64,000 bases of DNA from a bacterium (GTDB lineage: Bacteria; Hinthialibacterota; Hinthialibacteria; Hinthialibacterales; Hinthialibacteraceae). Positions 50,133 through 60,478 of the stretch are shown here, in pieces. The notes beneath the pieces were generated by a model that saw only the letters and a program-made list of their open reading frames with translations, did not search any database and was not told where the DNA came from. The position numbers and the translations under genes were made by a program. Location of the stretch: contig CAXXSM010000079.1 of assembly GCA_963663405.2 (NCBI GenBank), positions 1 to 64,000 of the forward strand, read 5' to 3'. Each line of letters begins with the position of its first letter. Within the stretch, counting starts at the first letter, position 1.

Positions 50133-51075
50133 TTAGAGTGATAAATGTTGGCGATACCATTCAATCGTTTTTTCCAAACCGGCTTCGAAACGGATCTGGG
50201 GTTCGTACCCGAGTATAGACCGGGCCTTTTCAATCGAAGCGCAGGAATGTTGAATATCACCGGGACGGGGCGGCGCAAAGACCGGCTCGATATTTTTTCC
50301 TAAGATTTCATTAATGGTTTGAACGATGTCCAAAACACTATATCGCTCACCACAAGCTACGTTGATGACCTGCCCCGGCGCTTGTTCCGCCGTCAGAGCG
50401 GCCATATTCGCCTGCACGTTATTGTCGACGTAGGTGTAATCCCGCGAGGCCGATCCATCGCCATAAATCACGGGTTGTTTATCTTGCAGCATTAGAGGAA
50501 TAAATATCGCCATGACGCCGGTATAGGGGGAATCGGGATTCTGCCGGGGACCGAACACATTGAAATATCGAAGCGATACGGTTTCCAGCCCGTAGCTATG
50601 ATAAAACGCTTTGCAATAATATTCCCCCGCCAGTTTCGCCGCTCCATACGGAGAAATCGGACAAGGGGACAACTCCTCATGTTTGAAAGAAACGTCCACA
50701 TCCCCATACGCTGAAGACGACGCGGAATAGAGAAACCGCTTCACACCCGCGTCCCGCGAGGCGATCAACGCGTTCAGGATTCCCGTTGTATTGTGCTCGT
50801 GGCTTTCCGCTGGATTTTTTACGGAGCGGGGAACGGACGGGAGCGCGGCCTGATGCAAGACATATTCCGCGCCGATTATGGCTTGTTTTACTGCGTCCCC
50901 ATCCCGCAGATCGATCTCATGCAGGGTGATCCGGTCCCGGAACGGTATTAGATTTTCACGAAGCCCCGTAACGAAATTATCAATCACATGCACTTCGTGA
51001 TTCTCGGCGAGTAAGCGATCAATCAAGTGAGAACCGATGAAACCGGCGCCTCCCGTCACTACAAAAACGTGCCAT
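50133..51075 (-). CDS. NAD-dependent nucleotide-sugar epimerase/dehydratase (WbpP-like SDR); apparent frameshift at 51063-51067
   Basis: VTGGAGFIGSH, HQAALPSVPRS, YGAAK, RYFNVFGPRQ. ATG 51075 with GAGG RBS gives MARFVVTGG if one T of a T5 run is removed. Confidence 0.9.
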
Positions 51076-51292
51076 CCGTAGTTCCTCACAATCAAATTTG
51101 TCTCGTTCTTTTCACGATCACATAAGTTAGGGCGATCATAAAAACGTATAATACACAGTAAAAGAAACTATAATTTTAGCCGTATGGGTAATGTTTCGTA
51201 CACCCCCTATAGAAACACTTCAAGATTTAATACCAAAATGGACACATGAAAATGAGCAGCGGCAAAGCTCTATTTTAAGGGTGAAAATGGAT

Positions 51293-51974
51293 TTAAAAGG
51301 GGCGATCCATCGAGAGAGGGTGGATGGGTGGATCGGGATCCGGATCCAGCGTCAACCGGGGGCGCTGATCGTTGGAGACTGAGGATTCTTTAGAAAACAA
51401 CGCAACATTCGCGGTTCCCTGAAGAACAAACGCAAGCGTGGATTGTCCTTTCAAGAGATCCACATGCGCTGTAAAAACCGGACACACAGCGGAATCAATC
51501 ACATGCTCTTGAAGCAAGGAACCTCGTTCATTCGGACCCGGCCGCGCCTGGGATTTCCCAGGGCCTGGAATTATAATGTTGATGACTCCATGTTGGATAA
51601 TCACTGTCTACTGGAGGGGGATAGTGATAATCTCCTGGATCCGTCCAATCGACCGCATTCAGTCTATAGACCGCCATGGTTCCACTCGTAATAAAATCAG
51701 AAATAGTGAATTCCAGTTTGAATTCATATTTTCCAGGAGAGATAGTAAGGTTATCAAATTTAAGAACACTTATTTTAGTTACATTTCGAATCGCGAAAAT
51801 ATACCCATTGGAGAGCATGGGAGCCTCCTCTTTGATGTAAACTTCCCCTGATCCCGTATAGCCGTTCTCTCCTTCTTGAAAGGTATAGGTTTGCGCTTCC
51901 GCTATTCTTGTCACTAATAACGCACATAAAAAAACGATTAAATAACCTGTACGTCTTGTCGTTTCTTGATCCAT
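51293..51974 (-). CDS. Secreted DNRLRE/CBM96-like domain protein; apparent frameshift at ~51538
   Basis: Signal peptide; TFQEGENGYTG, LKFD, PWEIPGA. Continues as GPNERG...FSKES..RPRLTL on removing one G. Confidence 0.6.
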
Positions 51975-52302
51975 TATTTTTTCTCCTTTCTTCGCAGGAT
52001 GCCGGGGAATATATAGTGGAGCGTAGTCAGGAAAATCCACTCTCCCACTCATTGTAAAAACACCGCAAAAACGAGCGGATACATCCTGCGCAGGATCGTT
52101 TTTTGAAGGGAAAAAACACAATCCGGATCGATTGTAAGAATGGGCAGTTCAATCCGTGTGGCTTGGGTTCAATCCCCATTCCGAGATACAATTCCCAACA
52201 TAAACCAAATCCTGGAATGATTCGTCTGGAAATGGAGATTGTTTCACTTCGTCCCTTTGTACTACTATTCCTAGTGGATGAGATCCCCTTGGAGGAAACT
52301 AG

Positions 52303-53439
52303 ATGGAAATATCGGACCTATTCAAACTTACAGCGGAGAAGGGCGCTTCCGATCTTCTCTTAACCGCGGGCGCGCCTCCCATCCTCCGTATCCATGGAAA
52401 ATTGAAACGCACGGACTACGCCGCTCTTTCTCCGAATGAAGTCAAGCGGTTGGTCTATAGCCTGTTAAATGAACAGCAACGCTTGACTTATGAGCAAAAC
52501 AAGGAATTGGACCTTTCCCTTGGAATGGGCGCGCACCACCGGTTCCGTGTCAACGTGTATCTTCAGAAAGGGTGTGTGGCGGCGGCGTTCCGGCCCATCC
52601 CCAGGACAATACCGAAATTAAAAGATCTCGGCCTGCCACCGATTGTCTACGATCTGTCGTTTCTGCCTCATGGAATGATTCTAGTCACCGGCCCGACCGG
52701 CCACGGCAAATCGACGACGCTGGCTTCGATGATCGACCTGATCAATACGAACAAGCAATGCCATATTATCTCGATTGAAGATCCGATCGAATACATTCAT
52801 TCCCATAAAAACAGTATCATCGATCAACGGGAGTTGGGGGGAGACACCTTGTCCTTCTCTGGAGCGTTGAAATATGTGCTGCGGCAGGATCCCGATGTGA
52901 TTCTCGTCGGCGAGATGCGGGATCAGGACACAATTTCAGCGGCGTTAACCGCGGCGGAAACCGGTCACTTGGTATTGGCGACGCTGCATACAAACGACGC
53001 CGTACAAACCATTGACCGGATTATCGATGTATTTCCCGAACGCCAGCAACAGCAAGTGCGCGTCCAGCTCTCACTCACGCTGCGGGCGATTATCTCGCAG
53101 CGATTGCTTCCAAAAGCAGATGGAAATGGGCGAGTTCTGGGCCTGGAGGTTCTTAAAAACGTTCATTCTTCCGCCAATCTGATCCGTGAAGCGAAAACCC
53201 ATCAGCTCTATAGCGTGATCGAGACCGGCACAAAGGAAGGCATGTCCACCATGGACGCGTCCTTAATCCATCTTACCCAAAAAGGCTTGATTACGATGGA
53301 AGAAGCGCGGATTCACATGCGCAATCCACAAGCGCTTTTAGAAGCCACCATGAACCAACCCATCGACAAAAAAACACAGACGGCCGTCAAACAACCCGAA
53401 GCCAATGGCAATAAATCAAGGCTATGGAGCCGGTCGTAG
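52303..53439 (+). CDS. pilT: Type IV pilus retraction ATPase
   Basis: ASDL, RFRVN, GPTGHGKSTT, IEDPIE, LRQDPDVILVGEMRD, GHLVLATLH. Confidence 0.92.
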   Translation: MEISDLFKLTAEKGASDLLLTAGAPPILRIHGKLKRTDYAALSPNEVKRLVYSLLNEQQRLTYEQNKELDLSLGMGAHHRFRVNVYLQKGCVAAAFRPIPRTIPKLKDLGLPPIVYDLSFLPHGMILVTGPTGHGKSTTLASMIDLINTNKQCHIISIEDPIEYIHSHKNSIIDQRELGGDTLSFSGALKYVLRQDPDVILVGEMRDQDTISAALTAAETGHLVLATLHTNDAVQTIDRIIDVFPERQQQQVRVQLSLTLRAIISQRLLPKADGNGRVLGLEVLKNVHSSANLIREAKTHQLYSVIETGTKEGMSTMDASLIHLTQKGLITMEEARIHMRNPQALLEATMNQPIDKKTQTAVKQPEANGNKSRLWSRS

Positions 53440-53458
53440 TTCATTCAAGATAAAAAAC

Positions 53459-53496
53459 AAAACCGGGGATCATGTTGAATCAATCCCCGGTTTTTT
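53459..53496. terminator. Bidirectional Rho-independent terminator
   Basis: AAAACCGGGGAT...ATCCCCGGTTTTTT between the convergent pilT and PiT genes. Confidence 0.85.
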
Positions 53497-53518
53497 ATTG
53501 AATTAGAATTCCGCCCTA

Positions 53519-55103
53519 CTACATTTCATCGCAGTCCTGATCGGTTGCGAATTGTGTTTCTTGCGAAGTATCGGAATCTCCTAACAGGATTTTTTTCCGT
53601 TCAGCGGCTTCATGCCGCAAGCGGTTTTCCTGTTCATCGGAACGTCTTTTCATCAAGGCTCTAACGTAGAGGTTAATTCCCAAACAAATAAGAATTCCAA
53701 TTGATCCAAACAGACAAATCACTTTGGCGCAAATACCAGTAACAATGGCGGGCGATAAAAGCGGAAATAAACCAACAAAATACAACCCAAATTGTTCGGC
53801 CCATTTTCAAATGGGCGTCACCGCGAACGAAAATTCTATCCGCCCACCCAGTTGCGATAACGGCGGCGAATGCGACATACGTCGTTGACACAGGTAAACC
53901 CATCCCTGAAGCGAACGCAATCACACTTCCTGAGACAGAGGTAATAACAGCCGCCCGTAACGCGTCGTAATGTTGTAATTTATGCTTTTCCGTAAAATGA
54001 GGTTCGGGAGCCAAAGCCTCATCGGGTTTCCGTTCCTTGATGAATTGTTTGGCAAGAGTTACACACCATTTGGGCGCGTATAACCTCACGACATCCCCTT
54101 GACTGCCCGTATTCACCTCAGCGCGCGTAACACGCTGAGCGGTTCGTGTGGCCATACCCAACGCCAAGAGGACTCCGCACAAAAGAAGCAGATAGATCGA
54201 GACCGGCACTTCAGCCAACATTTTGACGTCTTCCCCTAAATGTTGAAGAATCATCAAGGAGGAGACACCGGGAGAAGCGCAATTGGCGAGATCGTTTTGA
54301 CCAAATGCGATGGCTGTCGCCAACATACCTAAAACCGCCATTCCTGCAAACAGATTTTTCTGTATGATCTCCCCCCCCAATCGAAGCGCCATCCAAGAAA
54401 GAAAAGCCAATACTGCGAACACAATAGTAAGCACAGCAGGGGCTCCAAGCGCTTCAAATGTGGTTTTTTGTATAGAGGCGACGAAATCTACATGGCTCAT
54501 CCCTTTGATAAGCATGAAATAGACCAGACCGGTCATAAGAAAGGCCGCGATCCAAGGCCCATGAAGACGGACTCGTTCCGTATCTTCACATTCTTGACCG
54601 ATCGCCCCACGAAACGCGCGCTGGATAAAAAAGCCGATTATCCCGCTAAAAATAATCGATAGGATAATACCAAGAATCACTCGCCCGCTTGAAATCCACT
54701 GGATTGTGTCATAACCGCCGACAGCATAGCCTCCCCCAAGCAACGCGAAAACAAGAGTGGCCGTCGTCGAGACGGGCATACCATACGAGGAAAAAGAAAA
54801 AAGAAGCACAGTATTGGTAATATAAACAGCTAAATAGATTGCGAGAGCATCTGTAAGAGAAATCGTAGTGGGATCAAAGATTCCTTTCCGGGCGGTTTCC
54901 ATAACCTGTGAGGATGCGACGGCGCCGAGAATTACAGCGAGTCCCGCAATCCGGACAGCCCATTTCCGCTTCATTACCCGGGCTCCAAAAACTGCGTTCA
55001 CAATATTCGCCGCATCGTTCCGACCCACTTCAATCGTGTTCCAGACAAGCATAACACCGGCTATACAACCTGCGAGATAAAAAAAGATATAGGATTCATT
55101 CAT
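53519..55103 (-). CDS. PiT-family inorganic phosphate transporter; apparent +1 frameshift at ~53750
   Basis: GRNDAAN and GQNDLAN signatures, PVSTT twice. ORFs 53673..55103 and 53519..53785 join as FIAAIVTG on removing one C. Confidence 0.88.
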
Positions 55104-55650
55104 AGCAGGATTCAGCTCCTATTTTCCCTTTGCCTTGTTTTCACGTACCCAAAATTACGTAATTGCGGATGAACTTCTTTCAATTGCAGGATGGAAAATT
55201 GATTGTGGTTTTTAGAAAAATAGATGAGAGAGACCCATGGCGAGTCAATCAGTGGATAACGATTTTGAAATCCTATATAAGGATTATTATTCATGTTCGA
55301 TCGTTCTGCTCGTCATACCAAAGTGAGTTCGACCGGTTTTAGGGATTCCGAGATAGTTGTAGTCCTGTTTTGTTTTTTCATTAAACATGGCGCATTGCTG
55401 CAAAGCCTTCTATCCAGTGCTGACCCCGGACGTTAAATGAAACTCAAGCCAATTTTATATACAATAAGTTTCTCAACAACTAGATCAATATTTCCTTTTT
55501 TTTCTGGCTTTTAAACGTTTCATTTTATAACGAAAAAACATTAATTTTATTTATTTTTCAATGTTAACATACAATTTACAGACTCGATCGAAAACCTCAA
55601 GCCGTTCAGCATGGATTAACAATTCTCTAACAATACATAAAATAACATAG

Positions 55651-55687
55651 AAAAGACCGGCCCAAGCTCCGCCTGGTTACCGGTCTT
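55651..55687 (-). terminator. Rho-independent terminator closing the candidate sRNA
   Basis: AAGACCGGT-aa-CCAGGC-gga-GCTTGG-GCCGGTCTTTT on the - strand. Confidence 0.75.
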
Positions 55688-55821
55688 AAAGTTACCGAAG
55701 GTTGGTCAGTTAGCTCCGCCAACATAAACCTTCGTCAATTCCGAAGGCTGTTTCGGTCACCTCGGCAGTTCACTCGAAATATCCTGTCGAAGTTCCTGTC
55801 AACCTTCTCTACAGCACCCAG
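55651..55821 (-). ncRNA. Candidate sigma54-dependent small RNA with GGA-loop hairpins
   Basis: GC-richer, hairpin-rich block with no listed ORF inside AT-rich intergenic DNA, bounded by a -24/-12 promoter and an intrinsic terminator. Confidence 0.6.
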
Positions 55822-55832
55822 GCTATTTATTT

Positions 55833-55848
55833 ACAAATCGTGTGCCAA
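55833..55848 (-). promoter_or_regulatory. Sigma54 (-24/-12) promoter
   Basis: TTGGCAC-ACGAT-TTGT vs consensus TGGCAC-N5-TTGC: correct spacing, one mismatch at -12. Confidence 0.75.
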
Positions 55849-55896
55849 TTCAGTTTTGAAATAGAAATCCAGGGTTAATTGACAACAAAAAGCATA

Positions 55897-55909
55897 TAAA
55901 ACACTGATT
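55897..55909 (-). promoter_or_regulatory. IHF-like binding site
   Basis: AATCAGTGTTTTA matches WATCARNNNNTTR about 50 nt upstream of the -24 element. Confidence 0.5.
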
Positions 55910-56059
55910 TAAAAGAGTTTAAAAAATAACAACATAAAAAGCGGCCAGATTGAACTTACGAAAAAGAGAACGAATAGAAAAGTGATAAGTAGGAATTTTT
56001 TACCTAATGGACAAACCATACCGGAATGAATCGTCTACAGAGACCTACGCGATTTCTTA

Positions 56060-56758
56060 TTACTCGGTATCCGATCCAGCGGCGACAACAACACCTTCCT
56101 GGATTTCATATTCGTCATACGCGTATCCCGGTTTTAAAACACGAGTGATACAACCGGGTTTCACGGTATCCGAAGATTCCTGTCCAGAACAATGAACATA
56201 CTCCGGATCAACTTTATCACCGACAACCGCCGTCCGGCGCAGCGGCATTTTATCAACCGCGGCGGAAAACAGATCGGCGGACTGACTCATCGGCTTATGG
56301 ATGAAGATAAAACTGTTCTTTAAAACGCCTAAATCCCCTTCTTCGACCTTTTTGTCCATGAAAAGCATCGTCTCAAGGAAAAGATCGAACCGTGTCAATA
56401 GATCCGCCATCCGGTCTTCCCTGATCGAAACGGTGTCAGCGCCTCTGTAAGAATAAACCTGGTAGGAGAGCGTCTCCTGTCCATACGGGAATTCCTGCAA
56501 GCGGCCCAACCGGCCGGGATGTTCTCCCGATTCTTCCATAACAATCTCCTGCGCCGAAGAGAGAAACCGTATCAGATGATTATGACATTTCTCAATTGCT
56601 GTGCCGATATCTCCTGAGACTGTCGCCGTGTACCGCTCAAACGGTTCCAAGGCGCGGGAAAAGGCGGGATCCATCCCCCGTGGAAGGGGAGCGACCAGAT
56701 CAGTCATGGTTCGCCAACTCTCAGCGGGCACATATAAATCTCTAAGGCTTTGGGACAT
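56060..56758 (-). CDS. Protein with C-terminal GrpE-like head domain
   Basis: VGDKVDPEYVH...KPGCITRVLKPGY...EGVVV resembles the GrpE FDP..H..GY motif. Confidence 0.6.
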   Translation of the reverse strand: MSQSLRDLYVPAESWRTMTDLVAPLPRGMDPAFSRALEPFERYTATVSGDIGTAIEKCHNHLIRFLSSAQEIVMEESGEHPGRLGRLQEFPYGQETLSYQVYSYRGADTVSIREDRMADLLTRFDLFLETMLFMDKKVEEGDLGVLKNSFIFIHKPMSQSADLFSAAVDKMPLRRTAVVGDKVDPEYVHCSGQESSDTVKPGCITRVLKPGYAYDEYEIQEGVVVAAGSDTE

Positions 56759-58142
56759 CTTGAATATTCTCCTCTTTTATTTCAGAAAATCCGGGGCCGC
56801 GGGTTTCTTCCTCAGCGGCGCCCCGGTTCGAAAAAGTCTGATAGATCCACTTGCCAGAATCGGTCAGAGACGCGATGCCGATCCAACTATAAAGGATTAA
56901 AAATGGTTCTATCGGCATTCGAAACCGGGTGCGGGCGAAATAGATTAAACAAATAAAAGTATAGAGAATGATAATAGAGATCAAATGCCCATGACGGAAC
57001 CGATGAAGGAACGCGTAAACGAATCCCGCAAAGGCCATCAACAAAAGAAACGGATTCCACCGGAAAACAGGCCATCGAATCCCGCTGGGGAAATTCAATC
57101 CCCTCGTCTGGTTGGTGATGTATTCCTCCCAGGGCCAAGGTTCTATGTCCATTAGATACAGAAAATAGAGTTTCATGATTGAATGGCGTATGAGAAGCGA
57201 TGGATGCTGTATAATATTCTCTACCCCCAGCTGGAAGAAATACCGGTCTTCCAGCGCCTCATCGGCGCCAAATTGTTCTTTGAATTCCCGGCGGATTTCT
57301 TCTTTCTCTCCCGTGTAGAAATAATCATAGTTTGGATGATGTCCGATATAGAAATTGACGCCCGAATTGGTCGTGATAAAAACAAAATGGCCCAGTTGAA
57401 TTGTATTCCGCACACTCCAAGGAATAATGGGGAGCAGCCAGAGAAACAAAGGAATCCAGATCGCTGCGCGCCAGCGTTCTTTTGGAATGACCCATAATGT
57501 CTTAAAGACGAGAATGGGAAGAAAAACCAACGCCATTGGCCGGATTAAAACCAAAAGCCCAAGCAGAAGCGAAGCAAGATATAAATAGATGGTTTTTCCG
57601 GATGGCGCGCATCGCATCAGGAGCCACGCCCATACAAGAAGGAGAAAAATAAATAGGGTTTCCGTCATCAGAATCGCGCTGAAGAAGATTTGATCCGCGA
57701 ACCAGGCAAAAGTTAATCCCGCGCCAAAGGGAATCCAGATCGAGCGGGACCACCATGTAAGCGGTGTGTTTTTACGGGCGTTTCTGAGCAGTCTATGCGC
57801 GATGAGATACAATAAAACCGCGGAAGCCGAGCTGAGAATCGATTGAATCACACGGATTGAAAACAGATAGTTATCGGGAAAGCACTTCATACACGTGGCG
57901 ATGAAAAGAGGATACAACGGCGCCCGATACGCGAGCCGGCCCGGTTCCATGGCTAAGAGCGTATGTCTTAGATAATTGAATGCGCATAGATAATAATCTT
58001 CCATATCCGAAAAGGGCGGTGGATGTTGAACCCACGCCCATAGCAACCGTGGAATCAGGGCGAGGCCAAAAAGCAAGACGCCCAATCCCCACAAAAGGAC
58101 CACGGGGCGGTCAATCTCCGTTGATAGCGAAAAACGTTTCAT
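56742..58142 (-). CDS. GT-C fold membrane glycosyltransferase (GT39/ArnT-like)
   Basis: SDMEDY, AYRAPLYPLF, MTETLF, PWSVRN..GHF..TTNSGVNFYIG, RFRMPIEP. Confidence 0.78.
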   Translation of the reverse strand: MKRFSLSTEIDRPVVLLWGLGVLLFGLALIPRLLWAWVQHPPPFSDMEDYYLCAFNYLRHTLLAMEPGRLAYRAPLYPLFIATCMKCFPDNYLFSIRVIQSILSSASAVLLYLIAHRLLRNARKNTPLTWWSRSIWIPFGAGLTFAWFADQIFFSAILMTETLFIFLLLVWAWLLMRCAPSGKTIYLYLASLLLGLLVLIRPMALVFLPILVFKTLWVIPKERWRAAIWIPLFLWLLPIIPWSVRNTIQLGHFVFITTNSGVNFYIGHHPNYDYFYTGEKEEIRREFKEQFGADEALEDRYFFQLGVENIIQHPSLLIRHSIMKLYFLYLMDIEPWPWEEYITNQTRGLNFPSGIRWPVFRWNPFLLLMAFAGFVYAFLHRFRHGHLISIIILYTFICLIYFARTRFRMPIEPFLILYSWIGIASLTDSGKWIYQTFSNRGAAEEETRGPGFSEIKEENIQDVPKP

Positions 58143-58312
58143 ATTATCTAGTATTAAGTTGAAGGTTTTCCCCGTTCATCGTCGGTCTCCAGTCTAAACC
58201 TCTTACCCATTCGATTCTAGGAAACCGTTCTTTTGATAGAGCAATCTCAAAACTTTCCTCAAGGTCTATCGTTTTATTATTTTGGGGGCTGAATGTGCGA
58301 AAAGGAGAGAGA

Positions 58313-58729
58313 ATGATGTGGAAAATGGCAATCGGAATCGTTTTGGCTTTTTACGCCGCGTCTGATGATGAGCGTATCCTATCCATTTTTGGATGGGCGC
58401 CGCAGTTGGAAACTAACGAAGATCGCGAAGAGACCGTTATCAAAACTGAATCACTGAAAGTCTATACAATCCAATATACACCGCGCCGTTCCGAAGGAAA
58501 AAGTGTTAAATCTCGACAAGCGCCACGGCGGTTTCAACCATACACGCTTCCTCCGGATGTGATCATTCAAAGACCGTGGGAGAAATTCCTTCCACCTCGC
58601 TGTTCCATTCGAGTTCAGAAGCCGGATCCATCGATGGATTATTCCATCAATCTCAATCCACCGCCTCCGAATTACCAAGGATCTATCCGTTTGAATCCTG
58701 GCCATTCCAGCAAGAATCAAACTCAATAA
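58313..58729 (+). CDS. Hypothetical exported Pro-rich protein
   Basis: AAGGAG RBS before MMWKMAIG; hydrophobic N-terminus. Confidence 0.55.
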   Translation: MMWKMAIGIVLAFYAASDDERILSIFGWAPQLETNEDREETVIKTESLKVYTIQYTPRRSEGKSVKSRQAPRRFQPYTLPPDVIIQRPWEKFLPPRCSIRVQKPDPSMDYSINLNPPPPNYQGSIRLNPGHSSKNQTQ

Positions 58730-60478
58730 TCATTTTTTCTCTCCGTCTTTGCATACGAGTGAAGATTCGAGCAGATTGGTGATTTGGGCGTATATGTCAT
58801 GAAAGATTTGGATAGATTGACCGAATGGATCTTGTATTTCAAAAGAACCTACATTGTGAAGGCGCCCAAGATAATGTATTTTTGATGCGGCGTATGGATA
58901 CGAACGCTTTAAAACGGAATGATTTTCTCTATCAAAAACGAAGATGATATCCGCGCGTTGTATCATCGAATCCGAAAGCGTCTTTGAACGATGAGACCGC
59001 ATGTCAACTTGGAAATCCTCAGCCGCTTGGATGGCTTCTATTGGACAGGAGCGTTCACTGATGGGATAATACCCCGCAGAAAAGAACTCTTTCTCTCCCT
59101 GCCAAAGCGAGTCCGCGTAATACTGAGCAAATGGGCTTCGGCAAATATTTCCCTTACAAACGAATAAAACCGAACGGGCATTCTGAAAATTCTTGATTAT
59201 TGTTTTCATCTTTCTCGATCGGACCGGTTTCCATTGAGACACTTTGAAACAACCCCGGTTGAACAATTCAGACGCGCAATGTTGAAAAAACTGCCTGAAT
59301 TCAACAATGGCCGGCCATAGATCATCCCACACCCACGTATCGCTGGATTCTTTGAATTGAAGAAGATGAAACCATTCCATGAACGATTGGATTACTGGAG
59401 AATGATTCAAGGTTCGATCGCTCCGATCCGCGCGGAGATTTTGAACCATCCATCGGAAATCAAGAATCCAGTTACGGCAATAGCGGTGAATCGGATATTC
59501 GGTTGGAAAAGAATTTCTATTACGAACAAGCATTTCATAGAGGAAAAAAGGAAAATCGATACCGCAAGAGACCGCGAGTGGAAGCGATCCCCAAAAACGG
59601 GCGTTGATTTCGACAAAAATCCACTCGCCTGTGGTCAGGTTTTTGCGGAATTCAATCATGGCGGCCCCAGTATAGTTCAACTCTCGAATAATACTTTCCG
59701 CCGCTCTTCTAAGATCGGGATCAATCGGAACACTCATTCGATACGAACTGCCACCGCCATGCAGCGGTTCATGAACGCGTTGATGTTGAAACGCGGTTCG
59801 AACCTCTCCATCCTTTGATAAAATCTCAATCCCTACACCTGTGCCGAAAAAAAATTCCTGCGCTAACAAAGGAAACATATCCCGCCGATTCGCGATCCAT
59901 TGGACCGCCTCGGCCACATCGAACGCGCGGCCCACCGTATTCCGCCGCCAGAGAGCCTGTTTCGACACCGAGAAACCGGGTTTAATCACAATTGGAAAAC
60001 GAAGAGATTCAATGCGTTCACGCGCGGTGTCAGGATTATCAAGAATTACACTCTTGGGCGCGGGAATGGAAAGGCGGCTGATGAATGTATGGGTTTGGCA
60101 CTTATTAAAAAGCAGATCATAGTTTTGCTCTTCCGGAATCGCCATCCGGCACAAAGGTTCGATGCGCCTGCGGTTTTCATGCAGCGGGATAATGAAGGAA
60201 TCAGCGCATGGAATCAGTAAATCATACCGTTCAGCGGTTAGAATACGGATGAGTTTCTCGATCCATTCCTCATCCTGACCGATCCGATATTCCGGGAGAA
60301 TATGAATCTGAGTGATGTATTTTGAGTGGCTGGCAGGATCCGATTCCCGGCAACCAACGCTATGTACTTGTATGCCTTTCCGGCCTAAGGAGCGCGCGAC
60401 TGTTAAAAAACTGCGAGTATCGGCGCCGAATACAAGGACTCTGCCGGTAACATCAGAGGAAACGTTTTGATTACTCAT
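58730..60478 (-). CDS. ATP-grasp carboxylate-amine ligase fused to LMW protein-tyrosine phosphatase domain
   Basis: FPIVIKP, LAQEF, HGGGSSYR, VEINARFWGS; C-terminal CKGNICRS P-loop and IQDPF. Confidence 0.85.
   Translation of the reverse strand: MSNQNVSSDVTGRVLVFGADTRSFLTVARSLGRKGIQVHSVGCRESDPASHSKYITQIHILPEYRIGQDEEWIEKLIRILTAERYDLLIPCADSFIIPLHENRRRIEPLCRMAIPEEQNYDLLFNKCQTHTFISRLSIPAPKSVILDNPDTARERIESLRFPIVIKPGFSVSKQALWRRNTVGRAFDVAEAVQWIANRRDMFPLLAQEFFFGTGVGIEILSKDGEVRTAFQHQRVHEPLHGGGSSYRMSVPIDPDLRRAAESIIRELNYTGAAMIEFRKNLTTGEWIFVEINARFWGSLPLAVSCGIDFPFFLYEMLVRNRNSFPTEYPIHRYCRNWILDFRWMVQNLRADRSDRTLNHSPVIQSFMEWFHLLQFKESSDTWVWDDLWPAIVEFRQFFQHCASELFNRGCFKVSQWKPVRSRKMKTIIKNFQNARSVLFVCKGNICRSPFAQYYADSLWQGEKEFFSAGYYPISERSCPIEAIQAAEDFQVDMRSHRSKTLSDSMIQRADIIFVFDRENHSVLKRSYPYAASKIHYLGRLHNVGSFEIQDPFGQSIQIFHDIYAQITNLLESSLVCKDGEKK

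Noticed and set aside
55651-55821. Known riboswitch controlling the PiT gene
   Set aside because: No recognised aptamer consensus, and the terminator is ~550 nt from the PiT start; a stand-alone sRNA fits better.
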